Shown here: positions 1-10,169 of the stretch, piece after piece
Numbering within the stretch: the first letter of the stretch is position 1
Layout: each line of letters begins with the position of its first letter
Position numbers and translations under genes: made by a program
Origin: Meiothermus sp.
GTDB taxonomy: Bacteria; Deinococcota; Deinococci; Deinococcales; Thermaceae
Length of the DNA stretch: 64,000 bases
Assembly: GCA_033762915.1 (NCBI GenBank)
Contig: JANRLD010000115.1
Span: forward strand, 32,001-96,000
Reading direction: 5' to 3'
Notes under the pieces: model-generated
Database searches by the model: none
What the model was told of the DNA's origin: nothing
Seen by the model: only the letters and a program-made list of their open reading frames with translations

Positions 1-165
1 CTGGGCACCCCCGGCTGGGCGCTGGCGGCCACCAAGGCCGCCGAGGGCTGGCCCGCCCAGAAGCTGGTCAGCCGCAGGGAGTACGAGAGCGCCGTCGAGC
101 GCACCCTCAAGCTCCCGATCAGCGGTGTGGCCCCCAAGAGGGCCGAGAAGGGTGGTGACAAATGA
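1..165 (+). CDS. Small phage protein, 5' truncated by the window edge, directly upstream of the tail sheath
   Basis: Open frame LGTPGWALAATKAAEGW...KGGDK*; its TGA overlaps the sheath ATG (ATGA at 162-165). Confidence 0.6.
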   Translation: MGTPGWALAATKAAEGWPAQKLVSRREYESAVERTLKLPISGVAPKRAEKGGDK

Positions 166-1574
166 GCCGTCTGGCAGGAGTTTACCCGACCGAACTCGAC
201 GGGGGCCTGGGCATCGCGGCCCCCGGCGGGGACGGCGCGCGGGCGCTGGTCGGCGTCTCCAGCGGCGGCGTCGCCAATCAGGTGCTCAGCTTCGCCGACC
301 CCGACGACGCCCGCAGCGTCCTGGGCGTGGGGCCGCTGGCCCGCGCGGTGGTGGACCAGCTGGCGCTGGGCGGCGGCGTGGTTCACGCGGTGCCCGCCGG
401 CGTGGGCACCCCCGCCGCCGTCACCCCCGACGGGGCCAACCCGGCCGGCCCCGCGGTCACCCTCACCGGCAGCGCCACCGACCGCTTCAGCGCGGTGATC
501 CGGATCACCCGCGCCGGCGCCCTGGGGGTGGGGGCGTTCGCCTTCAGCCTGGACGGCGGCGATACCTACTCGCAGGAGATCGCCCTGGCGGCGACCTACG
601 CCATCCCCGACTCCGGCCTCACGGCCAACTTCGCGGCGGGGGCCTACGTGGCGGGCAGCCTCTACAGGTTCGAGGTCTCCGAGCCGCTGCCCAGCGTGGC
701 GACCGCCCAGGCCGCGATACGGGCCGCGCTGGGATCGGGGCGGGTGTTCGAGTACGTCCAGGTCGTCGGCGGCTCCGGGGCCGCCATGTGGGCCGCGCTG
801 GACGCCCTCGCCGCCGAGGCCGAGGCCGCATTCAAGTACGTGTACTTCGTCTGCGAGACCACGGCGCCCGGCTCCGACCCCGACGCCTGGGTCACCGCCC
901 AGATCGCCGCCAAGGCCGCCTTCAGCTCGATCAAGGTGCAGATCATCGCCGCCTACGGCGAGGTGGTGGACACCCTCTCGGGCCGGGTTGAGGTGCAGAG
1001 CCTGGCCAGCCGCATCATGGCGCGGGTCTCCCGCAACCCCGTACACGTCAAGGCGTCCTACCGCCGCCTGGGGGCGCTGCCCGGCGTGGTCTGTGCGGCC
1101 CCCTTCGTACTGGACGCGCAAAACCGCAAGGTGAGCAAGTTCAACAACGGTCACGCCAAGAGCCTGGACGAGGCCGGGTTCACCACGGTGGTCACGATGG
1201 AGGGGCGCAGCGGCCTCTACGTCGAGGAAGACCGTATGGCCGCACCCCTCACCTCCGACTACACCATCGCCCCCAACCGGCGCGTCATGAACAAGGCCAA
1301 GCGGCTGGTGCGCGAGGCGCTGCTCGAGGACGTGCAGGGCAACCTCGACCCTCTGGAGCTGGAGGCCAGCACCCAATCCATCGTGGCGCGGGCCAACGCA
1401 CCGCTCAAAGCGATGGTGCGCGACCGGGAGGTCAGCGCGGCGCGGGTGGCCCTGGTCCCGGGGCAGAACATCCTCTCCGACAGCAAGCTGCGGCTCAAGG
1501 TTCGCATCACGCCCAACGGCTACGCCCGCGAGATCGAGACCGAGTTCGCCTACGAGAACCCGTTCCTGGGCTAA
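162..1574 (+). CDS. Phage contractile tail sheath protein (DUF2586-like)
   Basis: 470 aa; N-terminal LDGGLG...LVGVSSGG; C-terminal LDEAGF...RRVMNKA.R.VR...ENPF; followed by a tube-sized gene. Confidence 0.8.
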   Translation: MSRLAGVYPTELDGGLGIAAPGGDGARALVGVSSGGVANQVLSFADPDDARSVLGVGPLARAVVDQLALGGGVVHAVPAGVGTPAAVTPDGANPAGPAVTLTGSATDRFSAVIRITRAGALGVGAFAFSLDGGDTYSQEIALAATYAIPDSGLTANFAAGAYVAGSLYRFEVSEPLPSVATAQAAIRAALGSGRVFEYVQVVGGSGAAMWAALDALAAEAEAAFKYVYFVCETTAPGSDPDAWVTAQIAAKAAFSSIKVQIIAAYGEVVDTLSGRVEVQSLASRIMARVSRNPVHVKASYRRLGALPGVVCAAPFVLDAQNRKVSKFNNGHAKSLDEAGFTTVVTMEGRSGLYVEEDRMAAPLTSDYTIAPNRRVMNKAKRLVREALLEDVQGNLDPLELEASTQSIVARANAPLKAMVRDREVSAARVALVPGQNILSDSKLRLKVRITPNGYAREIETEFAYENPFLG

Positions 1575-1585
1575 GGAGTTGAAGC

Positions 1586-2041
1586 GTGAGCGGAGTCTTC
1601 GTAAATAACCACTACTACGACTGGGGCCACATCACCACCAAGCTGCTCGGGCAGACCTTGGTGGACTACAAGGCCATCGAGTACGGCGACGAGATGGCCG
1701 TGGAGCCGGTCTACGGCAAGGGCCGCAAGCCCCGGGGCTGGCGGCGCGGGCGCTACGGGGGCAAGGACGGCGTGGTGCGGCTGCTGCGCGAGGAGTACGA
1801 CGCGCTGCTGGCCTCCCCCCAGGTGCAGGAGAAAGGCCTGTACGGCCTGGACCCGTTCGAGATCACCGTCACCGGCGACAAGGGCAACGGCTCGCCCTTC
1901 ACCGACGTGCTCGAGGGGGTCGTGTTCTTCGAGCGCGACTTCGAAAACGTCCAGGAAGACGGCGACGAGATGACCGTCCCGCTGGGCATCAAGTACCTCA
2001 ACGTGCGCTCCGGCGACCAGGAGCCCTTCGCGGGCGAGTGA
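1586..2041 (+). CDS. Phage tail tube protein
   Basis: 151 aa directly after the sheath; motifs YDWGHI, I.Y.D...EPVYGKG.KP.G..RG.Y; RBS AAGGAG. Confidence 0.75.
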   Translation: MSGVFVNNHYYDWGHITTKLLGQTLVDYKAIEYGDEMAVEPVYGKGRKPRGWRRGRYGGKDGVVRLLREEYDALLASPQVQEKGLYGLDPFEITVTGDKGNGSPFTDVLEGVVFFERDFENVQEDGDEMTVPLGIKYLNVRSGDQEPFAGE

Positions 2042-2053
2042 GCCCCACCGGAT

Positions 2054-2083
2054 AGGGCGCGGCCACCCGTCGCGCCCTTTTTT
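2054..2083 (+). terminator. Intrinsic terminator-like hairpin after the tube gene
   Basis: AGGGCGCGGC-CACCC-GTCGCGCCCT followed by a T run. Confidence 0.6.
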
Positions 2084-2103
2084 CAGCCCCAGACGAGGTT
2101 ATT

Positions 2104-2376
2104 ATGAGCGACACCCCCACGACCCCCGCCTACTACGTCTTCGAGGCCCCGGAGGGCCGGGAGTTCTACTTCCGCAAGCCCCGCACCCCCGAGATCGACC
2201 TTTGCATGAAGCGCATGCGCACCGCGCTCACCGAGGCCAGCGCCGACTTCTCGCTGGTGCTGATCAGCCCAGACCAGAAGGCCGACTGGAAGGCCCTGCT
2301 GGAAGAGAAGCCCGGCTACGGAAGCCGCGTGGCCAACAAGGTCTTGGAGCAGCTGGGTTTTCCGGTGGAGGGGTAG
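2104..2376 (+). CDS. Tail assembly chaperone (gpG-like)
   Basis: 90 aa after the tube gene, F.FRKP motif, G GGT TTT slippery heptamer near its 3' end. Confidence 0.65.
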   Translation: MSDTPTTPAYYVFEAPEGREFYFRKPRTPEIDLCMKRMRTALTEASADFSLVLISPDQKADWKALLEEKPGYGSRVANKVLEQLGFPVEG

Positions 2377-2543
2377 GGGTCACGCCCGACCTCTCGGTGT
2401 TTGAGCAGTACGAGGCCCTGGTGCAGCATTGGCTGCACCTTCGCTGCCCCGAGGACCCCGCTGAACTCCGCGCCCTGGCCCGAAAGGCCCTCTGGCTCGA
2501 GCGCCGATACCACCCCCAGGCCACCCCCAAGGACGGCACGTGA
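2355..2543 (+). CDS. -1 frame extension of the chaperone (gpGT-like C-terminal part)
   Basis: The -1 frame after G GGT TTT (2355-2361) reads SGGGVGVTPDLSVFEQYEALVQHWL...ALWLERRY; its stop overlaps the next start. Confidence 0.55.
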   Translation, partial: GFSGGGVGVTPDLSVFEQYEALVQHWLHLRCPEDPAELRALARKALWLERRYHPQATPKDGT

Positions 2544-2800
2544 GACCCTTCCAGTACCGCAAAAAGCCCGTGGTGGTCGAGGCCATGCAGTTCGCCGACC
2601 TGGACTCGGGCAGCGCCCTCGAGCGCTGGACCGACCTCAGGTTCATGATGGACATCGCCCACCGGCCGCTCCGGGCCCGCGTGCTGACGCCGGCAGGGGC
2701 CGTGTGGGCCGAGCTGGGCGACTTCATCATCCGGGGCAGCCGGGGTGAGTTCTACCCCTGCAAGCCTGACATCTTCCGGGAGATTTACGAGAGGGTATGA
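2540..2800 (+). CDS. Small conserved phage protein of the YRKKPVVVEA...GDFII.G..GEFYPCKPDIF type; function unknown
   Basis: Motif pattern recognised from many phage genomes; coupled to neighbours by GTGA and ATGA overlaps. Confidence 0.75.
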   Translation: MRPFQYRKKPVVVEAMQFADLDSGSALERWTDLRFMMDIAHRPLRARVLTPAGAVWAELGDFIIRGSRGEFYPCKPDIFREIYERV

Positions 2801-2955
2801 GCATGTTCGCTTGGCACGAAACCGAGATAGACCACGAACGGCAGCGTCAGCACGACCAGGCCCTGATGGCCAAGCTGCTGGCCAAGGGTTTCCATCCGGC
2901 AAGCTGGAAGCTCCAGCGCGAGTTCCGACGCAAACGCCGCCTCTTCTACCGCTGA
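2797..2955 (+). CDS. 52-aa hypothetical phage protein (not in the ORF track)
   Basis: MSMFAWHETEIDHERQRQHDQALMAKLLAKGFHPASWKLQREFRRKRRLFYR*; ATGA overlap with the upstream stop; followed by a terminator. Confidence 0.5.
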   Translation: MSMFAWHETEIDHERQRQHDQALMAKLLAKGFHPASWKLQREFRRKRRLFYR

Positions 2956-2977
2956 TCCCCCACTCTGGCCCCACCTC

Positions 2978-3001
2978 TGCCCCACCCGGGGCATCTTTTT
3001 T
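2978..3001 (+). terminator. Intrinsic terminator closing the phage operon
   Basis: TGCCCC-ACCC-GGGGCA then TCTTTTTT. Confidence 0.55.
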
Positions 3002-3108
3002 CCCCGCCAGCTAGGGCTACGACGTAACACCCGCCTTAATCTATGTTTATGAGTGGTCTTTGTATGACGCGTGTGCCCCTCATGTTTAACAGAATCCTCT
3101 ATTAATGA

Positions 3109-3297
3109 CAAATAGCGTGGGAGTTTGCGACAAATAGCGTGGTTTAAAAACGGGCTTTGCGACAAATAGCGTGAGATGGCCCAAAATCCGCCCGCGCGCG
3201 GTAAAAAGCAGGTTTATTCCAGTCCTGTGCGGTCTTTCCAGGGCCTTATTCCGCTTCGTTCCGCTGATTCCGCTCCGCCAAATAGCGTGGAGTAACA
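3109..3297. repeat. Four CAAATAGCGTG direct repeats plus an 8-bp terminus (putative transposase-binding end)
   Basis: Copies at 3109, 3131, 3163 and 3279; copies 2 and 3 share TTTGCGACAAATAGCGTG; last copy followed by GAGTAACA. Confidence 0.7.
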
Positions 3298-3365
3298 CAC
3301 CCGTTACGCTTTACCTCCAGGCCCCTCAACCAGCCCAAACCTCCCACCCACCCGCAAAAGTGACG

Positions 3366-3455
3366 GTGGGGTGAAGGTGGGGTGAAGGTGGGACACAGTG
3401 GTAGAAAGGGGTAGTTTTGTGGTAAGTTATGGGTTGTAACAGCCGTTTATGTGGG
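3366..3455 (+). promoter_or_regulatory. MraZ-binding box array in the dcw promoter
   Basis: GTGG-like boxes at 3366, 3377, 3388, 3398, 3408, 3419, 3429 and 3451, mostly 10-11 bp apart, upstream of mraZ. Confidence 0.7.
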
Positions 3456-3511
3456 ATAGGGCGCCATTTCTGCCGGTTCGTGTCGAAGAAAGGCTCTAGG
3501 GGACGAGGAAA

Positions 3512-5277
<1,766 letters not shown>

Positions 5278-5278
<1 letters not shown>

Positions 5279-6690
5279 TGGCCCAGCGCGAGACCAAGAC
5301 CCACCCACAAGCCCAGGTACTCCAGGCCAGCCTGCACCGAAGCTGGGTGGTCTTCATCGCTATGAGCATGTTCGTGGTGGGGATGGGGTACGGTCTGTAC
5401 ACGCTCTATAACAACGCCCCCGCGCTGCTCAGCCGGGCCAGCGTGGCCTATCTGGACATTCCCCCCATGCGCGGGGCCATCCGGGCCAGCGACGGAACCC
5501 CGCTGGCGCTGTCCACCACCGACGAAGTACGGGTACACCCGATGGGCCTGTCGGCCAGCCAGCTGCTGGGCTTCGGCGAGCGGGCCAACGGCAGCGGGCT
5601 GGCGGGCCTCGAGCGCGACCTTGAGGAGACCCTCAAGGCCGGCGGCAGCGTCCGGCTGACCCTCGACGCCAACATCCAGGCCCTTGCCGAGCGCGCCCTG
5701 TGGCGGGCGATGGAGGGCAGCAAGTCCGAGTGGGGCGTTGCGCTGGTGATGGAAGCCAAGACCGGCCGGCTGCTGGCAGTTGCCAACGGCCCGCGGTTCG
5801 ACCCCACCGCCGCGCGGGGCGACATCAGCAAGGACATTTCCTGGCGCAACCACGCCTTCACCCAGGCCATCGAGCCCGGCTCCACCCAGAAGTCCCTCAC
5901 CGCCGCCATCCTGATGGAGGCGGGGGTGGTCAAAATAGAGAGCCGGGTGGAAGCCCCCATGTTCCGCGTGATTGCGGGCCGCACCATCAACGACATCGTG
6001 CGCCACCCACCCAACCTGACCCTGGCCGAGGTGCTCAAGTACTCCTCCAACGTCGGCATCACGCGCCTCGCCGAGCGTGTCCCCAACGACACCATCTACG
6101 AGTTCTTCAGGAAACTCCACTTCACCGACCCCAAGCCCATGCCCGCCGTGAGCGTGGGGGCTCCTCTGGTGCGCCCGGTAAAGCGCTGGGGGCCGCTCGA
6201 GACCGCCAACGCCGCCTTCGGCCAGGGCTTCCTGGTTACGCCGCTGCACATGCTGGCGGCCTACAACGCCCTCGCCAACGACGGCGTGTACCAGCAGCCG
6301 GTGCTGCTCGAGGGCCAGGTCTCCAAGGCCGAGCGGGTCTTCCGCCCCGAGGTGGCCCAGTCCGTCCGCCGCGCCCTAACCGACGGCGTGGCCGAGCGGG
6401 CCAAGGTGCCGGGGTACCTGGTCGGCGGCAAGACCGGCACCGCCCAGGTGGTGGTGAACGGGCGCTACAGCTCCGAGGTCTTCGCGGCCTCTTTCGCCGG
6501 TTTCATCCCTTCCGACAAGCCCAGGGTCACCGTCCTTGTAACTCTCTTTCACCCCAAGGGCGGCGGCCTCAACATCCACGGCTCGATGGTCTCCGCGCCC
6601 GTCTTCCGGGAGGTCGCGGCAGGCCTGTTCGCGCAGTGGGGGTTGCCGCCGGTGGTGCAGAAAGAAGAGAAGAAGGACAAGAAGCAGTGA
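5278..6690 (+). CDS. ftsI: Class B penicillin-binding protein (FtsI-like)
   Basis: RGAI, GLAGLE, EPGSTQK (SxxK), SSNVG (SxN), GKTGTAQ; ATG overlaps the ftsL stop. Confidence 0.9.
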
Positions 6691-7024
6691 TGGGATCGCT
6701 GGTTGAGCAGGTAAAACGTGAACAGCCTCGAGCGCTCCCCCCAAACCCCAATTCCCCTAACCGCTTTCGCCACGGGCGTTGCGCAGAGGGGAACCCCTTG
6801 AGGCGCAGCTTCGGGTCGCCCAGGCAAAGCGCCGCAGCCTTCCCGCCGCGCCACAACGCCTTCCCCGTCCAAGAGCCGCACCCCACAACGACAACGGTTA
6901 AGCGACTCGAGTGGACGGCCCTCAGAAAGACCACCTTCTTTTGCAGTAGAGTCTCGAGCTTGGAAGAACGGAAGACCCAAACGCACCACGCCCAACGCGG
7001 GCCTGCACAGGAAAGACCGAGCGA

Positions 7025-8335
7025 ATGAGCATCCTATTCCCCACCCCCCACACGAGCGGGCGAGTCATCTCCCCCGAGTGGGTAGCCTCCCTCACCGGCG
7101 GGAAGGTACACAAAGGCGCACTGCCCGCCACCGACATCCACTGGGACTCGAGAAAAGTCGGCGAGGGCACCGCCTTCATCGCCCTGCCGGGGGCGCGGGT
7201 CCACGGGCGGGAGTTCGGGCCGAGTTCGTTCGAGAAAGGCGCCCCCTTCGTCATCACCGACGGCGCACACCCCGGCGCGATCCAGGTGCAGCGTCCCGAG
7301 CAAGCCTTACTGGCGCTGGGGCGGGCACTGCGCGACGGGTTCATCGGGACGGTGTTGGCGGTGGGGGGCAGCTCGGGCAAGACCACCACCAAGGAGTGCA
7401 TCGCCCAGGGGCTCGGCTGGCCCGCGCCAGAGGGCAACCTCAACAACGCGCCGGGCCTGACCCGCTTCTTCTGGCACCTCAACCCCGAGGTCGAGGGCGC
7501 GGTGGTGGAACTGGGCATAGACCGGCAGCTAGAGATGGCCGAACTGACCTACCTGGCCAAGCCCGCCATCGGGGTCATGACCGCCATCGGGGTCGAGCAC
7601 CTGGATGGGCTGGGCAACCTCGACAACGTGATCCGAGAGGAGAGCTGGCTGCTGTGGGTCAGCCCGCTCAAGCTGGCCAGCGTGCAGGCCGCCAAGCACG
7701 CCCCCATGAGCGGCCTCAAGACTTACGGCCTCGAGGTGGGCGACTTCCAGGCCCGTCAGGTCAAATTCACGCTTAATGACGCCCGCTTCACCTACTCAGA
7801 CTCGCGCAAGGCCGTCTACCTCCCCTACCCCGGCATCGGCCCGGTGTTGGGCGCGACCGCCGCCCTCGCCACCGCCGAGATGCTGGGCAAGTCGGTCTCC
7901 GACACCATCGAGCGCCTCGCCAACCTCAAGCTGCCCTCGGGCCGGATGCAGAAGCTCGAGCTGGGCGGCATCCACTTCATCAACGACGCCTACAACTCCA
8001 ACCCGCTCTCCTTCTGGAGCGGAATGGAGTACCTCAAGACCCAACCCGCCAACAAGTGGCTGGTGCTGGGCCGCATGGCCGAGCTGGGGAGCGAGGCCGA
8101 GGAGCACCACCTCGAGGCCGCCCGCCTGGCCGCCGAGGTCAGCCCAAACCTGGTCTTCGTCGGCCCTTACGCCAAGGCCCAGCAGGAGATCGCCGGGGGC
8201 TACGCCCTCGAGACCCTCGAGCAGGCCGCCGCCAAGCTGCGCGAAGTGGTGAAAAAGGGCGACCTTGTATACCTCAAAGCGAGCCGGTCGGTGGGGATGG
8301 AGAAGCTGCTAGGGATGTTGGGGGAGGAGCAATGA
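7025..8335 (+). CDS. murF: UDP-MurNAc-tripeptide:D-Ala-D-Ala ligase
   Basis: GSSGKTTTKE, GNLNN, INDAYNSNP, VLG.M.ELG, LKASR. Confidence 0.9.
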   Translation: MSILFPTPHTSGRVISPEWVASLTGGKVHKGALPATDIHWDSRKVGEGTAFIALPGARVHGREFGPSSFEKGAPFVITDGAHPGAIQVQRPEQALLALGRALRDGFIGTVLAVGGSSGKTTTKECIAQGLGWPAPEGNLNNAPGLTRFFWHLNPEVEGAVVELGIDRQLEMAELTYLAKPAIGVMTAIGVEHLDGLGNLDNVIREESWLLWVSPLKLASVQAAKHAPMSGLKTYGLEVGDFQARQVKFTLNDARFTYSDSRKAVYLPYPGIGPVLGATAALATAEMLGKSVSDTIERLANLKLPSGRMQKLELGGIHFINDAYNSNPLSFWSGMEYLKTQPANKWLVLGRMAELGSEAEEHHLEAARLAAEVSPNLVFVGPYAKAQQEIAGGYALETLEQAAAKLREVVKKGDLVYLKASRSVGMEKLLGMLGEEQ

Positions 8336-9303
8336 GGCGCAGAAGGGGGGACGGGGGCATGGGGAGAACAACACTCTCCTGGCTTTCTCTTTCCTCTTTC
8401 CTCTTTCCTCTCTCCTCGATTCTGGGCGGTTGCGCTCCCCAAGCCCAACCCACCGCCGCCACGCCTTCTGTGCCCGTTTTGGTCGAGGGTGGGGTGCTCG
8501 AGGGGCGTCAGGTGCGGGCGTTTGGGCTGAACGTGACGCTGCCTTCGGCCCCCGCGGCGCTGGCCCGGAACGGGGAGGTGCTGTACGCGGGGTATCCGTT
8601 CCAACTCCTGATCTACCGCCGGGGGGTGGTGGAGAGCAGCGTGCAGCTGCCGGGGATTCCGCGCTACATCAAGGCCAAGCCGCTGCCGCTGGTGGGCCTC
8701 GAGAACGGGCTGTTCGTGCCGGGCCAGGGCCTCTTAAGCTACCCGGCCCGGGACGCGCTGAACACCCGCCAGGGCATCTACTGGCTGGACAACGACGGGG
8801 TGAACCTCGAGCGCCGCCGGGTGGTGGAAGGTTCGTTCGGCCTGATGGCCGCCAGCGACCAAGCCGTCTATGCCTTCGGGCGCGAGGGCGTGCGGGTCTC
8901 GGACGGCCTACGCTTCCCGCTGCCGCGCCCCGCGACGGCCGCGGTGGTGCAGGGAGACGTGTACGTGGCGTCCGCCCAGGGCATCGTGCGGCTGAACCCA
9001 GACGGGCTACGGTTGGGGTCGGTGGACGGGGTGTTTAGCGGGCTCGAGAGCGACGGCACCCGTCTGTACTCGCTGCGCGACGGGCGGCTGGTGACGATTT
9101 CGCTAGACTTAAGGCTCGTAGAAGTTGCGGGGACCAGGAATACGCTCCCGCCGAGCTTCGCGGCCGTCCGCACGACTCCACCCGTCTTGCCGCTTGCGGC
9201 CGCGCCGCTGCGGGGTTTGCCTTTGACTTCCCTTTCCTCTCCCCTTTCCTCTCCCCTTTCCTCGTCTCACTCCCTTCGCCCATCGCCCGGAGGTACGCAA
9301 TGA
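8332..9303 (+). CDS. Hypothetical beta-rich lipoprotein within the dcw cluster
   Basis: Lipobox-like ILGGC; ATGA overlaps with both murF and mraY. Confidence 0.65.
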   Translation: MRRRRGDGGMGRTTLSWLSLSSFLFPLSSILGGCAPQAQPTAATPSVPVLVEGGVLEGRQVRAFGLNVTLPSAPAALARNGEVLYAGYPFQLLIYRRGVVESSVQLPGIPRYIKAKPLPLVGLENGLFVPGQGLLSYPARDALNTRQGIYWLDNDGVNLERRRVVEGSFGLMAASDQAVYAFGREGVRVSDGLRFPLPRPATAAVVQGDVYVASAQGIVRLNPDGLRLGSVDGVFSGLESDGTRLYSLRDGRLVTISLDLRLVEVAGTRNTLPPSFAAVRTTPPVLPLAAAPLRGLPLTSLSSPLSSPLSSSHSLRPSPGGTQ

Positions 9304-10169
9304 GAAATCTTGTGGCCGCCGCCGTGCTGAGCTGGTTCCTGGTGGGGGTATGGATCACCCTGATGCACTCGCTGCGGCTGGGCAAGAACGTTCGGACCGA
9401 CGGGCTGCAGACCCACCTGGCCAAGCAGGGCACGGCCCACATGGGCGGGGCTCCGTTCCTGCTTGCGGCGGCCATCGTGTTCTTCCTAGCGGGCGGGGGC
9501 GATTACGCGGGCCTGTGGCTGCTGGTGCTGGGCTTCGGGCTGCTGGGGCTGGCCGACGACCTGGCGGGCACGCTAAAACGTCCGCTCAGGGCCAGGGAAC
9601 GACTGGTCGTCCAAACCCTGATGAGCCTGGTGTTTTCGGTCTGGGCCAGCTCGCAGGTCAAGTACACCCCTTACCCGATTCTGGACATGGCGATCTTCAC
9701 CCTGGTGATCATCGCGGCCTGCAACGCCTTTAACTTCACCGACGGAGTGGACGGGCTCTTGGGCACGGTGACGGTGGTGATGCTGATCCCCTTCGCCGGC
9801 ATGGTGCTGCCGCAGGTGATGATCGGCTCGCTGATGGGCTTCCTCTGGTACAACTCGCACAAGGCCACCGTCTTCATGGGGGACGTGGGCAGCATGGCGA
9901 TCGGGGCCCTGGTGGCAGGGCTGTTCATCCTCGAGGGGAAGATGTGGTTCTTGCCCCTGGTCGCGCTGATTCCGGTCGTCGAGATGCTCTCCGTGATCAT
10001 CCAGGTCTCGTACTTCCGCCGCACCGGCAAGCGCCTGTTCAAGATCGCCCCCATCCACCACCACTTCGAGGCTTCCGGCTGGTCGGAGGCCAAGGTGGTG
10101 TTTCGCTTCACCGTCATCACTGCCCTCTGCACAGCGCTTGCCGTGAGCCTGTGGGGAGGTACACAGTGA
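9300..10169 (+). CDS. mraY: Phospho-MurNAc-pentapeptide transferase
   Basis: KQGT.HMGG, ADD, NAFNFTDGVDGL, FMGDVGS, APIHHHFE. Confidence 0.95.
   Translation: MRNLVAAAVLSWFLVGVWITLMHSLRLGKNVRTDGLQTHLAKQGTAHMGGAPFLLAAAIVFFLAGGGDYAGLWLLVLGFGLLGLADDLAGTLKRPLRARERLVVQTLMSLVFSVWASSQVKYTPYPILDMAIFTLVIIAACNAFNFTDGVDGLLGTVTVVMLIPFAGMVLPQVMIGSLMGFLWYNSHKATVFMGDVGSMAIGALVAGLFILEGKMWFLPLVALIPVVEMLSVIIQVSYFRRTGKRLFKIAPIHHHFEASGWSEAKVVFRFTVITALCTALAVSLWGGTQ

Larger units (their letters stand above)
1..3297. mobile_element. Right part of a prophage or transposable-phage-like element
   Basis: Tail genes plus an end-like repeat array; host dcw cluster resumes after about 3300. Confidence 0.6.

Noticed and set aside
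162..2041. T6SS or Afp/PVC-type contractile injection system
   Set aside because: No baseplate, VgrG/PAAR or ATPase genes seen; the frameshifting chaperone and sheath type point to a phage
3109..3289. CRISPR array
   Set aside because: Repeats are only 11-18 bp, spacing is irregular (22, 32, 116) and there are no cas genes in the window
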